From a virus (Duplodnaviria > Caudoviricetes), in IMG/VR virus record IMGVR_UViG_3300046717_000245, positions 1 to 44,102 of that record: 44,102 nucleotides of DNA, one strand, 5' to 3'. Below, one piece after another: positions 8,265-16,374 of the stretch; within the stretch, counting starts at the first letter, position 1; each line of letters opens with the position of its first letter. The notes beneath the pieces are model-generated. The model saw only the letters and a list, made by a program, of their open reading frames with translations, was not told the origin of the DNA and made no database searches. The translations under genes and the position numbers were made by a program.

Positions 8265-8347
8265 GCGCGCGGCGTCTCGTCGCGAGGTTGCTCGAACTCG
8301 GCAAGTTCGCGGTGTGGCTGGCCCTAGCGGCAAGAGGGCGCCGATGA
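8261..8347 (+). CDS. 28-aa hydrophobic/basic peptide
   Basis: ATGA overlaps at both ends. Confidence 0.4.
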   Translation: MSARRLVARLLELGKFAVWLALAARGRR

Positions 8348-8547
8348 GCGACTGGCTCCCGGTCGCCTGCAGCACGTGCGGCCGCACCGTGGCCGCCGCT
8401 CCGCCAGGGCGCGCGCCGGTGCTCGTCGTCTGCGGGGCGTGCTCGCCCGGGCTGGTCGCCGCTGCGTTGCGGGCGCCGGCGACGCTCGAGCCCGAGCTCC
8501 GGCGTGAGCTCTACCAACCGGTGCAAAAGGCCAAGGGGTACCGATGA
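8344..8547 (+). CDS. Zn-ribbon microprotein
   Basis: CSTC...CGAC; coupled start. Confidence 0.55.
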   Translation: MSDWLPVACSTCGRTVAAAPPGRAPVLVVCGACSPGLVAAALRAPATLEPELRRELYQPVQKAKGYR

Positions 8548-8565
8548 AGCGAGGGGAGGACGGTC

Positions 8566-8811
8566 ATGCATGAATGGGACGACTTCGATGAGCTCGCACG
8601 CGTCGACGCGCTGCTCGAGCAGGACGAGCTCGAGCTCGACAACGGCGTCGGCCTGGAGATCGGCCGCTCGCTCACTTCTTCCGGCGCCCTTGCGGTTGAC
8701 TCGGGCGTTTGCCGCGCGTGCGGGTGCACCGACGACGAGCCGTGCCCGGGCGGTTGCATATGGGCGACGCCAAACGCGGACCTTTGCAGCCGTTGCGCGC
8801 GCGAGCAATGA
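8566..8811 (+). CDS. Acidic protein with C-terminal Cys cluster
   Basis: GGAGG RBS; CRACGCTDDEPCPGGCIW...DLCSRC. Confidence 0.7.
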   Translation: MHEWDDFDELARVDALLEQDELELDNGVGLEIGRSLTSSGALAVDSGVCRACGCTDDEPCPGGCIWATPNADLCSRCAREQ

Positions 8812-9056
8812 AGACGCCTCCCGCTTCGGTCGTCGTTTCCGTTTGCGCGACGTGCGGAAAGCCGATCACCGAAGGCGGTACCTTGAGCGTCGAACTCCGC
8901 GCCACGCTGCTCATAGTTCGCGCCGGACGAGCAGTGCTCGAAACGAACGGGCGTGTTTTCGAATTGCCTTTGACCCCAAAACAAGCGGCAGGGATACAGA
9001 ACGACGGTAGCGAATTCGTCGTCTGCATCACGCCAGCCAAGGAACCAGTCCGATGA
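8808..9056 (+). CDS. Hypothetical protein (CATC)
   Basis: ATGA overlaps at both ends. Confidence 0.55.
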   Translation: MKTPPASVVVSVCATCGKPITEGGTLSVELRATLLIVRAGRAVLETNGRVFELPLTPKQAAGIQNDGSEFVVCITPAKEPVR

Positions 9057-9889
9057 CGAGACCCGCCGACCTGCCCCGCGCCGAGGCCTTCGTGCACGGC
9101 ACGCGCGCCCGGTACGTCTCCGGCTGCCGCTGCGAGGCGTGCCGCGGCGCAAACACGGCCGCGTACCACGAGCGCCAGACACGGGCGAAGCAAGCGGCGC
9201 TCGCGATCGTGACGCCGGCGGTGCCGATCGAAAAGGAGTGGACGGCGCCCGACGGCTCGAAGCGCGTTCGCACCTACAGGCGCGCGTGCCCCGGTGTCGA
9301 TGGCGCGCGCTGCCCGATTGCCGCGCACCTGCGCAAGGACTCGAAGGGCGGCGTCTGCCGAACCTGCCGCTCGCGGCTCGTTTGGAACGGCCTCGTCGAC
9401 ACCCGGCGCGTGCGGCGTCACCTCGGAAAGCTCGCCCGCCAGGGCGTCGGACGGCGCGCCGTCGCGGCCGCGGCCGATGTGTCGCCGACGACCTTGAGCG
9501 ACATTCGTCGCGGCGTTCGCGACCGCGTGCGTCGTGCGGTCGAGAGCCGCATCCTCCAGGTGACGAGCGAAGCTGTGGCCGACCATGCGCATGTGCCGGC
9601 CCGTCGAACGCATGATCTCCTCGCCGAGCTCTGCGCCCTCGGGTTCTCGAAGTCCGAGCTCGCGCGGCAACTCGGCTTCAAGACACCGAAGCTATCGTTT
9701 CGCACGGCGATGGTCACCGCGCGCACCGAGCTCGCGGTCGCGCGCCTTTACCGGCGCCTCGTGGGCACCGCGCCGCCGCGCCGATTGGGGCCATGCCGGT
9801 GCGCGCGGGGCCCGCTCGAGCTCGAGTACCAGGGCGCGATCGTTTGCGCGCGGTGCGAGCGACCGGTGCGGGAGGCAAGGGCAGGATGA
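9053..9889 (+). CDS. Zn-finger plus HTH DNA-binding protein
   Basis: HGTRARYVSGCRCEACR; HTH GVGRRAVAAAADVSPTTLSDIRRG; second HTH LGFSKSELARQLG. Confidence 0.7.
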   Translation: MTRPADLPRAEAFVHGTRARYVSGCRCEACRGANTAAYHERQTRAKQAALAIVTPAVPIEKEWTAPDGSKRVRTYRRACPGVDGARCPIAAHLRKDSKGGVCRTCRSRLVWNGLVDTRRVRRHLGKLARQGVGRRAVAAAADVSPTTLSDIRRGVRDRVRRAVESRILQVTSEAVADHAHVPARRTHDLLAELCALGFSKSELARQLGFKTPKLSFRTAMVTARTELAVARLYRRLVGTAPPRRLGPCRCARGPLELEYQGAIVCARCERPVREARAG

Positions 9890-10095
9890 GCGGCGCGCGC
9901 CAACCGATCCCCTGCGCCGTCTGCGGCGACTCGATCCGACCCGGTGAGCGCATCGGCGCGAAGCGGTGCCCCGAATGCCGCAAGTCGCTCACGATGCACT
10001 ACTCGTGCGAGCAGAGTGCGGCCCGCAACCTTCGATGTCTCGACTGCAAACCGCGGCCGCAACAACGATCGCTGAATCTTTGGGGGAACAAGTGA
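9886..10095 (+). CDS. Cys-rich Zn-finger microprotein
   Basis: CAVC, CPEC, HYSC, CLDC; coupled. Confidence 0.6.
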   Translation: MSGARQPIPCAVCGDSIRPGERIGAKRCPECRKSLTMHYSCEQSAARNLRCLDCKPRPQQRSLNLWGNK

Positions 10096-10400
10096 AGACA
10101 CGGCCAGGCGTCACGCCAATCCACCCGACACGTGATCCGATCGTGGTCATCTCCGTCGAGCAGCTTCGCGCCCTCGTGCGCGAGGAGCTCGCGGACGCGC
10201 TCGCAAAGGGGGGCCCCCAAGACGAGTTGCACGACATCCTCGATCGGGAACAGGCCGCGAAACTCATTGGCGTTACGACTCGCACGATCCCGCGCCTCGT
10301 GGAGCGCGACGGCCTGCCAACGCTCCGGCGCGTCGGGAAGCTTTGGCGGTTCAGGCGCACGGACGTCATGGCCTGGCTCGCCGCGAAGAAGAGCGCCTAG
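10092..10400 (+). CDS. xis: Excisionase-like HTH (HTH_17 type)
   Basis: ILDREQAAKLIGVTTRTIPRLV..GLP..RVGKLWRFRRTDVMAWL; convergent with integrase. Confidence 0.8.
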   Translation: MKTRPGVTPIHPTRDPIVVISVEQLRALVREELADALAKGGPQDELHDILDREQAAKLIGVTTRTIPRLVERDGLPTLRRVGKLWRFRRTDVMAWLAAKKSA

Positions 10401-10404
10401 CGCT

Positions 10405-11574
10405 TCACTTTACCGCACGAAGCTGCGCGCGCCGCGTTGGCGCCGGCCGTGACATGAAACACGAGACCGCCTCACAAAGCGGCTCCCATTGCCACGTCGT
10501 ATACGCGTCGATCGTCGTGCCCGCCGCATTGTGCGTGACCTTCTCGAGAACGTCGACGCGCGCGCCGTCACGCCGCGAAAGGGTAATGAAGGTGTGCCTC
10601 GTCGAGTGGAGCGAATGGCCGTCGACGCCGGTGAGCGTGCACGCGCGACGAAAGAGCTTGTAGGCCGAGCTTCGCGTGTGGTTCCGGAGCTCCCGCGATC
10701 GACACGGAACGATGAAGTCGTCGGCCAACGGCTTGCGGCAGAAGACGAGCTCGAAGCCTTTCGACCACCAAGCCTCAAGCGCGCGCTCGAGCTCGGGATG
10801 AACGGGCACCGTGCGCGCAGCGTCGCCGATCACCTCGTCGGTCTTGAGCGGTCGATCGTCGTATTGAGAGTCGATCGTCAACGAGCCGAGCGGCTCGGGG
10901 TTGCGATCCCAGTCGCGGAACCGCAAACCGCATGCTTCGCCCTCGCGCGCACCGGTGTAGAAAAAGAGCACCATCAGCATGGCCCAGTCCGGCGGCAGAC
11001 GCGGATCGCCGGTGAGCGCGTGCACCTCCTCGAGGGTGTACGGCCGGCGCTTGGTCGACGCCTTCGGGTTGAACGAGCCGCGAGGCCAGTCGCACGGGTT
11101 TCGCGAGATGAGCTCGGCGCGGTACGCGTCGCCGAACATGGTGTTGATCGGAGCGAAGAGGTTGAAGATCGACTTTCGCGAAAGCGTCGCCGTCGCCCCC
11201 GCCGCGTTGACGTAGGGCTGCTCGAGCTCGTCCTTCAACTTCTTCATGTGAACGAAGCGAACGTCGTCCAGGCGCAACGCCAGAAACCAGGGGCAGCGCT
11301 CGACGACGTGGTTGTTCCACCACCGCACCTCTTCGGCGGCCGTTCGGTTCTTTCGGGCGGCGCTCCACGTGCGCCAGTAGCCCGCGACGCTGGTCGCGCT
11401 GGTCGGCTTGCCGGTGTACGAGCCATCGGCGATCTCCCGTTTCATGGCAGCGTCGCGCCGCTCGGCTGCGCGCTTGTCGGCGCCGGCGTGCTCCCACACC
11501 TGGGAGCCATCCGCGAGGCGGTTGGTCACGTAGTAGACGATCCGATTCTTGAGCTTGCGCGGGACGGTTGCCAT
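10405..11574 (-). CDS. int: Tyrosine integrase
   Basis: YTGAREGE (R), LKT (K), HSTRH, TH, DAY (Y) catalytic motifs; adjacent att core. Confidence 0.93.
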   Translation of the reverse strand: MATVPRKLKNRIVYYVTNRLADGSQVWEHAGADKRAAERRDAAMKREIADGSYTGKPTSATSVAGYWRTWSAARKNRTAAEEVRWWNNHVVERCPWFLALRLDDVRFVHMKKLKDELEQPYVNAAGATATLSRKSIFNLFAPINTMFGDAYRAELISRNPCDWPRGSFNPKASTKRRPYTLEEVHALTGDPRLPPDWAMLMVLFFYTGAREGEACGLRFRDWDRNPEPLGSLTIDSQYDDRPLKTDEVIGDAARTVPVHPELERALEAWWSKGFELVFCRKPLADDFIVPCRSRELRNHTRSSAYKLFRRACTLTGVDGHSLHSTRHTFITLSRRDGARVDVLEKVTHNAAGTTIDAYTTWQWEPLCEAVSCFMSRPAPTRRAQLRAVK

Positions 11575-11610
11575 GTAGCCACCGTAGCCGCACGGCTACG
11601 CGTAGCACAA
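11575..11610 (-). promoter_or_regulatory. int promoter overlapped by perfect operator GTAGCC-GCAC-GGCTAC (11584-11599)
   Basis: Minus-strand TTGTGC-18nt-TACGGT, then 6 nt to ATG. Confidence 0.65.
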
Positions 11611-11662
11611 CGCCCATGTTGAGTCCCTGCTTGAGTCGCGACGAAAAACCTAATGATATCCA

Positions 11663-11688
11663 GTGGAGGCGCCGGGAATCGAACCGGG
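11663..11688 (-). other. attP core: copy of tmRNA (ssrA) 3' end (T-loop plus acceptor strand)
   Basis: Reverse complement CCCGGTTCGATTCCCGGCGCCTCCAC; CGCCTCC-A acceptor strand typical of tmRNA; no 5' half of an RNA gene; ~90 bp upstream of int; direct repeats TTGAGTC at 11619 and 11631 may be arm sites. Confidence 0.8.
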
Positions 11689-11810
11689 CAGAAATGCAGG
11701 GATATCACGCGAAACCGCGGATTTTGAGGTTTGCTCCGGCGGCCGGCAGGCACCGTGTTTTCCCGGTGGTTCGCGATCGGGCACCGCATTTGTGGAGTCC
11801 GGTCAACGGC

Positions 11811-12032
11811 TCAGTCGTCGTCGCGCGGCAATGAGGCGAAGTACAGGCGCACGGCACGCTCGACGACCTCGGACCTCGATAGGTTGAGCTCGGCATGTAT
11901 CGCGTCGATCAGAGCGACGGTACGACCTGCCAAAGAGAACTGCACCCGGTGTTGGTCTCGCAGCACGCGGATCTCCTGGGGGATCGTCGGGCCGCTCGGT
12001 CCGGAGCGTTTGCGTTTGCGCCGGGCGCTCAC
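11811..12032 (-). CDS. Ribbon-helix-helix (CopG-like) protein
   Basis: RVQFSLAGRTVALIDAIHAELNLSRSEVVERAV; GTGA-coupled start. Confidence 0.7.
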   Translation of the reverse strand: MSARRKRKRSGPSGPTIPQEIRVLRDQHRVQFSLAGRTVALIDAIHAELNLSRSEVVERAVRLYFASLPRDDD

Positions 12033-12277
12033 GAGGCGCCCCCGATTCGGTTGCGGCGTCGGTAGTACTCGCCGTGCGAGCGACACGTCGAGCGCCCTGC
12101 CTGGGCCTTGCCCGCGCACACAACGCAACGACCGGAGCCGCGCAGTAGTTCGCGGCGAACCGCCGATCGGTCCCGGTGCTGTTCGGCATGCGACGAACAG
12201 CGGCGCCGCCCCGACTCGGGAACGGCGCCGCAATCGTGGCACGTCAGACCCGCGGTGCGGGATACGTGCAAACCCAT
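12029..12277 (-). CDS. Tandem CxxC...CxxH Zn-finger protein
   Basis: CHDC..CSSH and CVVC..CRSH repeats. Confidence 0.65.
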   Translation of the reverse strand: MGLHVSRTAGLTCHDCGAVPESGRRRCSSHAEQHRDRSAVRRELLRGSGRCVVCAGKAQAGRSTCRSHGEYYRRRNRIGGAS

Positions 12278-12534
12278 CAGGCGCGGGAGAATCGCGCGAC
12301 GACGTAGTTACCGTGGCGAGACGGGCCCGGGTAGTACTCGATGCGCCCGCCGATCTCCTCGACTCGGTAGCGCCGGTCGACGCCCTCCACGGTCTGGCCG
12401 ACGCGCAATCCAGAGCCGTACGCCCCGACCTCGGGATCAAGGAGTTCCAGTGAACAGCGTCCGTTTTCATCGATCTCCGCCTCGATGACGGCGGCGGACT
12501 CGAGGTCGATCTTGACCGTGCTACTTTCGCTCAT
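12277..12534 (-). CDS. Hypothetical protein
   Basis: GGAG RBS before MSESS; stop overlaps next start. Confidence 0.6.
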   Translation of the reverse strand: MSESSTVKIDLESAAVIEAEIDENGRCSLELLDPEVGAYGSGLRVGQTVEGVDRRYRVEEIGGRIEYYPGPSRHGNYVVARFSRA

Positions 12535-12561
12535 GGTGACCACTCCGGTTTGGTTGCCCGT

Positions 12562-12629
12562 GGGGCGGACCGTCTTCAGCGGTGCCGCCCCGTTTCATTC
12601 ATCTTGGACGCGGTCATGACCGCGCGCAA
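12562..12629 (-). promoter_or_regulatory. Promoter with perfect 16-bp palindrome CGCGGTCATGACCGCG (12609-12624) and leader hairpin (12562-12591)
   Basis: TTGCGC-17nt-CAAGAT on minus strand with palindrome in the spacer; GGGGCGG...CCGCCCC stem. Confidence 0.5.
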
Positions 12630-12674
12630 GAGAGAATGTCGGCGACGAGGCGCTCTCTCATCGGCCGCCGAGTC

Positions 12675-12783
12675 GTAGCCCGATGGCTACTCTCGAGCTC
12701 CCGACGGGTGTGGCGGTTTTGTCCCAGAATTTCGAAAAAAATTCCGGTTGACGCCAGCGGGCTACACGTGGTTCCTTGGCTAC
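12675..12783. promoter_or_regulatory. Operator cluster upstream of accessory operon
   Basis: Perfect GTAGCC-CGAT-GGCTAC 12675-12690; GACGCC-AGCG-GGCTAC 12750 and GTGGTT-CCTT-GGCTAC 12768; TTGACG at 12748. Confidence 0.65.
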
Positions 12784-12832
12784 ACAACGGTTTCGGGGAG
12801 CGGAAGCAATGTCGAAAAAACGGCTATTTAAC

Positions 12833-12854
12833 GGGCGGGCGGGCGGGCGGGCGG
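12833..12854 (+). repeat. (GGGC)5 tandem repeat, canonical G-quadruplex motif
   Basis: GGGCGGGCGGGCGGGCGGGCGG in intergenic DNA. Confidence 0.8.
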
Positions 12855-12921
12855 AGCACAATCCGTTCCATCCACGTCGTCGACTAGCTAACGCTCCTTC
12901 ATTGTCGGCGGGTGGCCGCCG

Positions 12922-13251
12922 ATGACTTCGTTCGACTTTCGCAAGTCGATCGAAGCCGCGCTCGCCGCGCTCGATTCGTTCGACGCCGCGATTCGATGTT
13001 TCCGCGAAGCGCTCACTGCGCTCCTCGCCTCGATCGAAACCACCGCTTCCAAGATCGACACACAGGAGCTGCTCTCGGTTTCTGAGGTCGCTCGGAAATT
13101 TCACGTCAGCCGCCGCACGGTGCTGGAGGCGCGGCGCAAAGGTCACCTTCGCGGCATGAAGCCGGGCGGCTCGAGCTTGATCCTCTTCGAGCTCGCCGTC
13201 GTCGAAGAGTGGGTACAGGGGCGGAGCGGTCGGCTTCGGGTCGTCCGATGA
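12922..13251 (+). CDS. Second excisionase-family HTH protein with N-terminal helical extension
   Basis: ELLSVSEVARKFHVSRRTVLEARRKGHL...ILFELAVVEEWV. Confidence 0.7.
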   Translation: MTSFDFRKSIEAALAALDSFDAAIRCFREALTALLASIETTASKIDTQELLSVSEVARKFHVSRRTVLEARRKGHLRGMKPGGSSLILFELAVVEEWVQGRSGRLRVVR

Positions 13252-13505
13252 CGGCGCGCGAACGCACCGCGACCGCCGAGGAAATCGAGGAACGCACTCG
13301 ACGTTGCCAGACGCGCGCACGCGAAGCGTGGCCGAGCTGTAACGGATGCGGCGCCGACATCATCGGCATTGGGCCAGGAGCTCAGCCCTGGACGGTCATC
13401 GTCTGTGATCCCTGTGGGCAACAGAGTGACGGCGGCGCGTTCTGTTTGACGTGCATGATCGAACTCGCAAAGCACGGCGTGCGCTTGCACCCGGTGAAGC
13501 GATGA
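13248..13505 (+). CDS. Cys-rich microprotein
   Basis: CNGC, CDPC, CLTC; coupled. Confidence 0.6.
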   Translation: MTARERTATAEEIEERTRRCQTRAREAWPSCNGCGADIIGIGPGAQPWTVIVCDPCGQQSDGGAFCLTCMIELAKHGVRLHPVKR

Positions 13506-14059
13506 GCCGTACGAATGAGCTCGATCTCGAGGCCCACATGTTGGCGGTCGCGAAGGAGCTACGTCGTCGCGCGGGGCACGGCACTTTCGACGGGCGCATA
13601 TCGGCGTCCGCTGGCCGGTACTTAGCCGACTGCCGATTCGTCGACGCGCGCACGGGAACGCAACTGATCTTCACGCGCGACACCGGTCACCACTCGTCGG
13701 GCTGGATGAAGAACCCCGACTACGAGCGTTGTCTGCACCTGTCAACATCGCCGCTCCCGCGCGCGATCGTCACGATTCGCCCGATCCTCGCCGAGCTCGA
13801 CAAGAAGACGCTCGCCGCATGGTGCCGGACGTTCTTCGGCGAAGACGTGCGGTACGTCTGGGCTGAGTCGCCGAAGAGCGAACATGGTCGCCGGGTCGAC
13901 GTCTGGCACTGGCGGCTTTTTTGTGATGAGCGCTGGCAGCCGATCCTCCCGCGCAAGGAAGTCTACTCGCTCGACTTCACCGAGCTGGGATGGCGAAGCG
14001 CGTCGCAGGTTCTCGAAGAAGAGGGGCGCATCATTGAGAGCACGGTGGACCCCTCATGA
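13502..14059 (+). CDS. Conserved phage hypothetical protein (His/Trp-rich)
   Basis: FTRDTGHHSSGWMKNPDYERCLHLS...VWHWRLFCD; coupled. Confidence 0.7.
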   Translation: MSRTNELDLEAHMLAVAKELRRRAGHGTFDGRISASAGRYLADCRFVDARTGTQLIFTRDTGHHSSGWMKNPDYERCLHLSTSPLPRAIVTIRPILAELDKKTLAAWCRTFFGEDVRYVWAESPKSEHGRRVDVWHWRLFCDERWQPILPRKEVYSLDFTELGWRSASQVLEEEGRIIESTVDPS

Positions 14060-14277
14060 CCGCGCCCGTTTGGCAGTGCCACGGGTGCGGCGAGTTCCGG
14101 GACGACGAATGGATCTCGGTCGCGCACCACAAGATCGCGGCACGCGGGCCGCTACCCCCCATCCAACTGAACGCGCGCTATTGCAATGATCGGACGTCGT
14201 GTCTCGTCGCGGCGGCGAAGGTGCTCGAGACGTGGCGCGACCTCGTACGTCTCACCGGCCCGTTGGGTGAGCGATGA
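14056..14277 (+). CDS. Cys/His microprotein
   Basis: WQCHGC...YCNDRTSC; coupled. Confidence 0.6.
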   Translation: MTAPVWQCHGCGEFRDDEWISVAHHKIAARGPLPPIQLNARYCNDRTSCLVAAAKVLETWRDLVRLTGPLGER

Positions 14278-14531
14278 GCACGCGCGCCGACAACCGCGAG
14301 ACGCTCGCGATCCGGGCCGCGCTCGCCGCCTTTTCGGAAACGCTGAACCGCGAGCTCGAGCAGCTTGACCAGGCGGACCTCGCCGAGCTCGACGCCACGA
14401 AGCACAGGCACGTTTCCGTCCTCTTCGGCGTCAAAAAGCCAATCGTCGCCGTGACCACGGTCACGTTCACGTCCGACGTTGAGGCGGTTCGATATGTGCT
14501 CGCGGTCACGAAAAAGGAAGGCACCGGATGA
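14274..14531 (+). CDS. Hypothetical protein
   Basis: ATGA overlaps at both ends. Confidence 0.6.
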   Translation: MSTRADNRETLAIRAALAAFSETLNRELEQLDQADLAELDATKHRHVSVLFGVKKPIVAVTTVTFTSDVEAVRYVLAVTKKEGTG

Positions 14532-14938
14532 ACCGGCATGAACGAAGGAAGGCTCGATCCATGGGCGCCGTGGAGTACTCGCGCGATCCTGAGGCTCAAG
14601 TGGAGTACACCCGTGGCGCTGAGACGCACTTCGCGCTCTTCCGGAGGTTCGTCAACCCGGACGATCCCCCGCGGTTCGCGCTCCTTCCCAAAGAGATTGC
14701 GCTCCTCGCGTCTCTTGACGATCAGGGCCTTGGTCACCGGCTGGCACGCAACGAGACGGCGCACCGCCTGATCGACGCGTTCTTCGAGTTGGCGAGCCGC
14801 GAAGAGATCGAGCCCCCGACGTACATGATGCTCCGCTCGTTCGTCGCTGCCGTCGGCATGCACGCGGAGAGCATCTCGCTTGCCGAGCTCGGGCTCGAAG
14901 TGGCCGGCATGCCCGGATCGTCGGTGAGGAGCAACTAG
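14528..14938 (+). CDS. Hypothetical protein (N-terminal MNRHERRKA)
   Basis: AAGGAAGG RBS; coupled. Confidence 0.65.
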   Translation: MNRHERRKARSMGAVEYSRDPEAQVEYTRGAETHFALFRRFVNPDDPPRFALLPKEIALLASLDDQGLGHRLARNETAHRLIDAFFELASREEIEPPTYMMLRSFVAAVGMHAESISLAELGLEVAGMPGSSVRSN

Positions 14939-15065
14939 CCCGTGAGCAAGTTCCTCCGCCGCGACGCGATCACTTGCTCGAACTCGTCGAGCCGAGCCCA
15001 CTTGTGGCCCATCGGCAGCTCACGTGTCGGCTTTGCAAACAATTGCGACCTGGAGGGTAGCGCGA

Positions 15066-15491
15066 ATGCCGGAAACAGAGTCCGCGGAAGTTACGATCTA
15101 TCCGACGCACAACTGCTTCGACGACGCCGTCGATTGGCTCAACATGCTCGCGCTCGGCGGGGCGTCGCGGGAAGAGCTCATGGCCTACGTCATCGTGCAC
15201 GGCGTGATCATAGCGCCGGACGGTCAGCGGCTCGCGCATGCCTGGCTCGAACACGATGGCCAGGTGCTCGAAGGCGGCATCCACCATGGCGAGCGCGTTT
15301 GGATCGAGTACCCGCTCGCCGACTTTCGCAGGCTACACGCCGTCGAGGAGGAGACGCGTTACACGATCGTCGACGCCGAGCGCCTCGATCGCGAGTTCGG
15401 GCCGGGGCCGTGGAAACCGGAGTATCGGGCGCTCTGCTCGGGCAAGCGAAGGGCGTGGGCATTGCCAAAGGAGGAGTCTTGCGAAAGGTGA
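15066..15491 (+). CDS. Transglutaminase/papain-like fold protein
   Basis: GGAGG RBS; HNCF...VHG...AHAWLE motif (putative Cys-His-acid triad). Confidence 0.55.
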   Translation: MPETESAEVTIYPTHNCFDDAVDWLNMLALGGASREELMAYVIVHGVIIAPDGQRLAHAWLEHDGQVLEGGIHHGERVWIEYPLADFRRLHAVEEETRYTIVDAERLDREFGPGPWKPEYRALCSGKRRAWALPKEESCER

Positions 15492-15772
15492 TCGACGTCG
15501 CAAAGGATGTGCGTCGGTGGGGCGAGCGACCGCCAAGCATCGACGACGCTCGAGCCGACCTGCAGCGCGCCATGGGGAAGCTCGTTTTCGCGCATGCCGC
15601 GCAGCTTGGTCGATCGGGCGAAAACCCCAATCAGGCCCCGGCGCTCGCGATCACCGACGTATTCGAATCGGTTTGCGCGGTATCGGAAACGGTCGGTTGG
15701 GAGCCGAGAGAGCTCGTCGAGGACCTCCAGGTCGTGATCGAACGCTGGCTCGCGGGCGAGGTGACGCCATGA
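15488..15772 (+). CDS. Hypothetical helical protein
   Basis: GTGA/ATGA coupling. Confidence 0.55.
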   Translation: MIDVAKDVRRWGERPPSIDDARADLQRAMGKLVFAHAAQLGRSGENPNQAPALAITDVFESVCAVSETVGWEPRELVEDLQVVIERWLAGEVTP

Positions 15773-16374
15773 GAAAAAGCCGGATGGGCGACCTGATTCG
15801 TCAAGTCGACGAGCTCTCGCCCGAGCTCTCGCCCGAGCTCGAGGCCGAGGCCGAACGAGATGGCAGGCTCGCCGAGGAGCTCGCGAAGAAGCTTCGCGGC
15901 GAGGTCCTGCTTCCCTTTCTGGCGAAGCACGCGAGCGCGAGACCCGAGGTTGCGGGGTTGACACTCCTTCAGCTCGCGGCCGTTCACCTGATGGCCGCCT
16001 TCGGCATGAGCCCGGACGACTTCGCGGACTTCGCGCACCGCGTGGCCGAGCTTCACGAGGACCAGGCGCGGGCGATTCGCAACGAGGTGCGCGAGGGCAC
16101 CCCGAGAGCCAAGGCGGCCGCGGCGGTGGCGGAAGCGGTCGTCGCGGCGGCACAAAAAGAGACTCACGTGCAAACGCAGGTTCGGCTCGTGCTCGAGCGG
16201 CAATGCCGCGAGATCGCCGACAAGCTGAAGGCGTGGACGCCGGCGGGCGTGGGCTTCGCGCTCTTCCTCGCCGACTACGGCGAGAAGGGAAACACCGCGT
16301 ACGTATCGACTGTCGGTCGCGAGGGCATGATCAAGCTCGTCAGAGAATGGCTCGACCGCCAGGAGGGCGCCTGA
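15769..16374 (+). CDS. Hypothetical protein
   Basis: Coupled; C-terminal GFALFL..YG..GNTAYVST..RE domain of a type seen in phage small proteins; GAGCTCTCGCCC tandem at 15811. Confidence 0.6.
   Translation: MRKSRMGDLIRQVDELSPELSPELEAEAERDGRLAEELAKKLRGEVLLPFLAKHASARPEVAGLTLLQLAAVHLMAAFGMSPDDFADFAHRVAELHEDQARAIRNEVREGTPRAKAAAAVAEAVVAAAQKETHVQTQVRLVLERQCREIADKLKAWTPAGVGFALFLADYGEKGNTAYVSTVGREGMIKLVREWLDRQEGA

Noticed and set aside
11663-11688. Possible tRNA or tmRNA gene
   Set aside because: Only the T-loop and 3' acceptor strand are present, with no D-arm, anticodon arm or 5' strand; interpreted as an att core
14939-15065. 8-bp inverted repeat GAGCAAGT/ACTTGCTC and a ~25-codon minus-strand ORF in the operon gap
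   Set aside because: Too short and unsupported; could arise by chance
15811-15840. 12-bp tandem repeat GAGCTCTCGCCC
   Set aside because: In-frame ELSP duplication in a linker with no evident function
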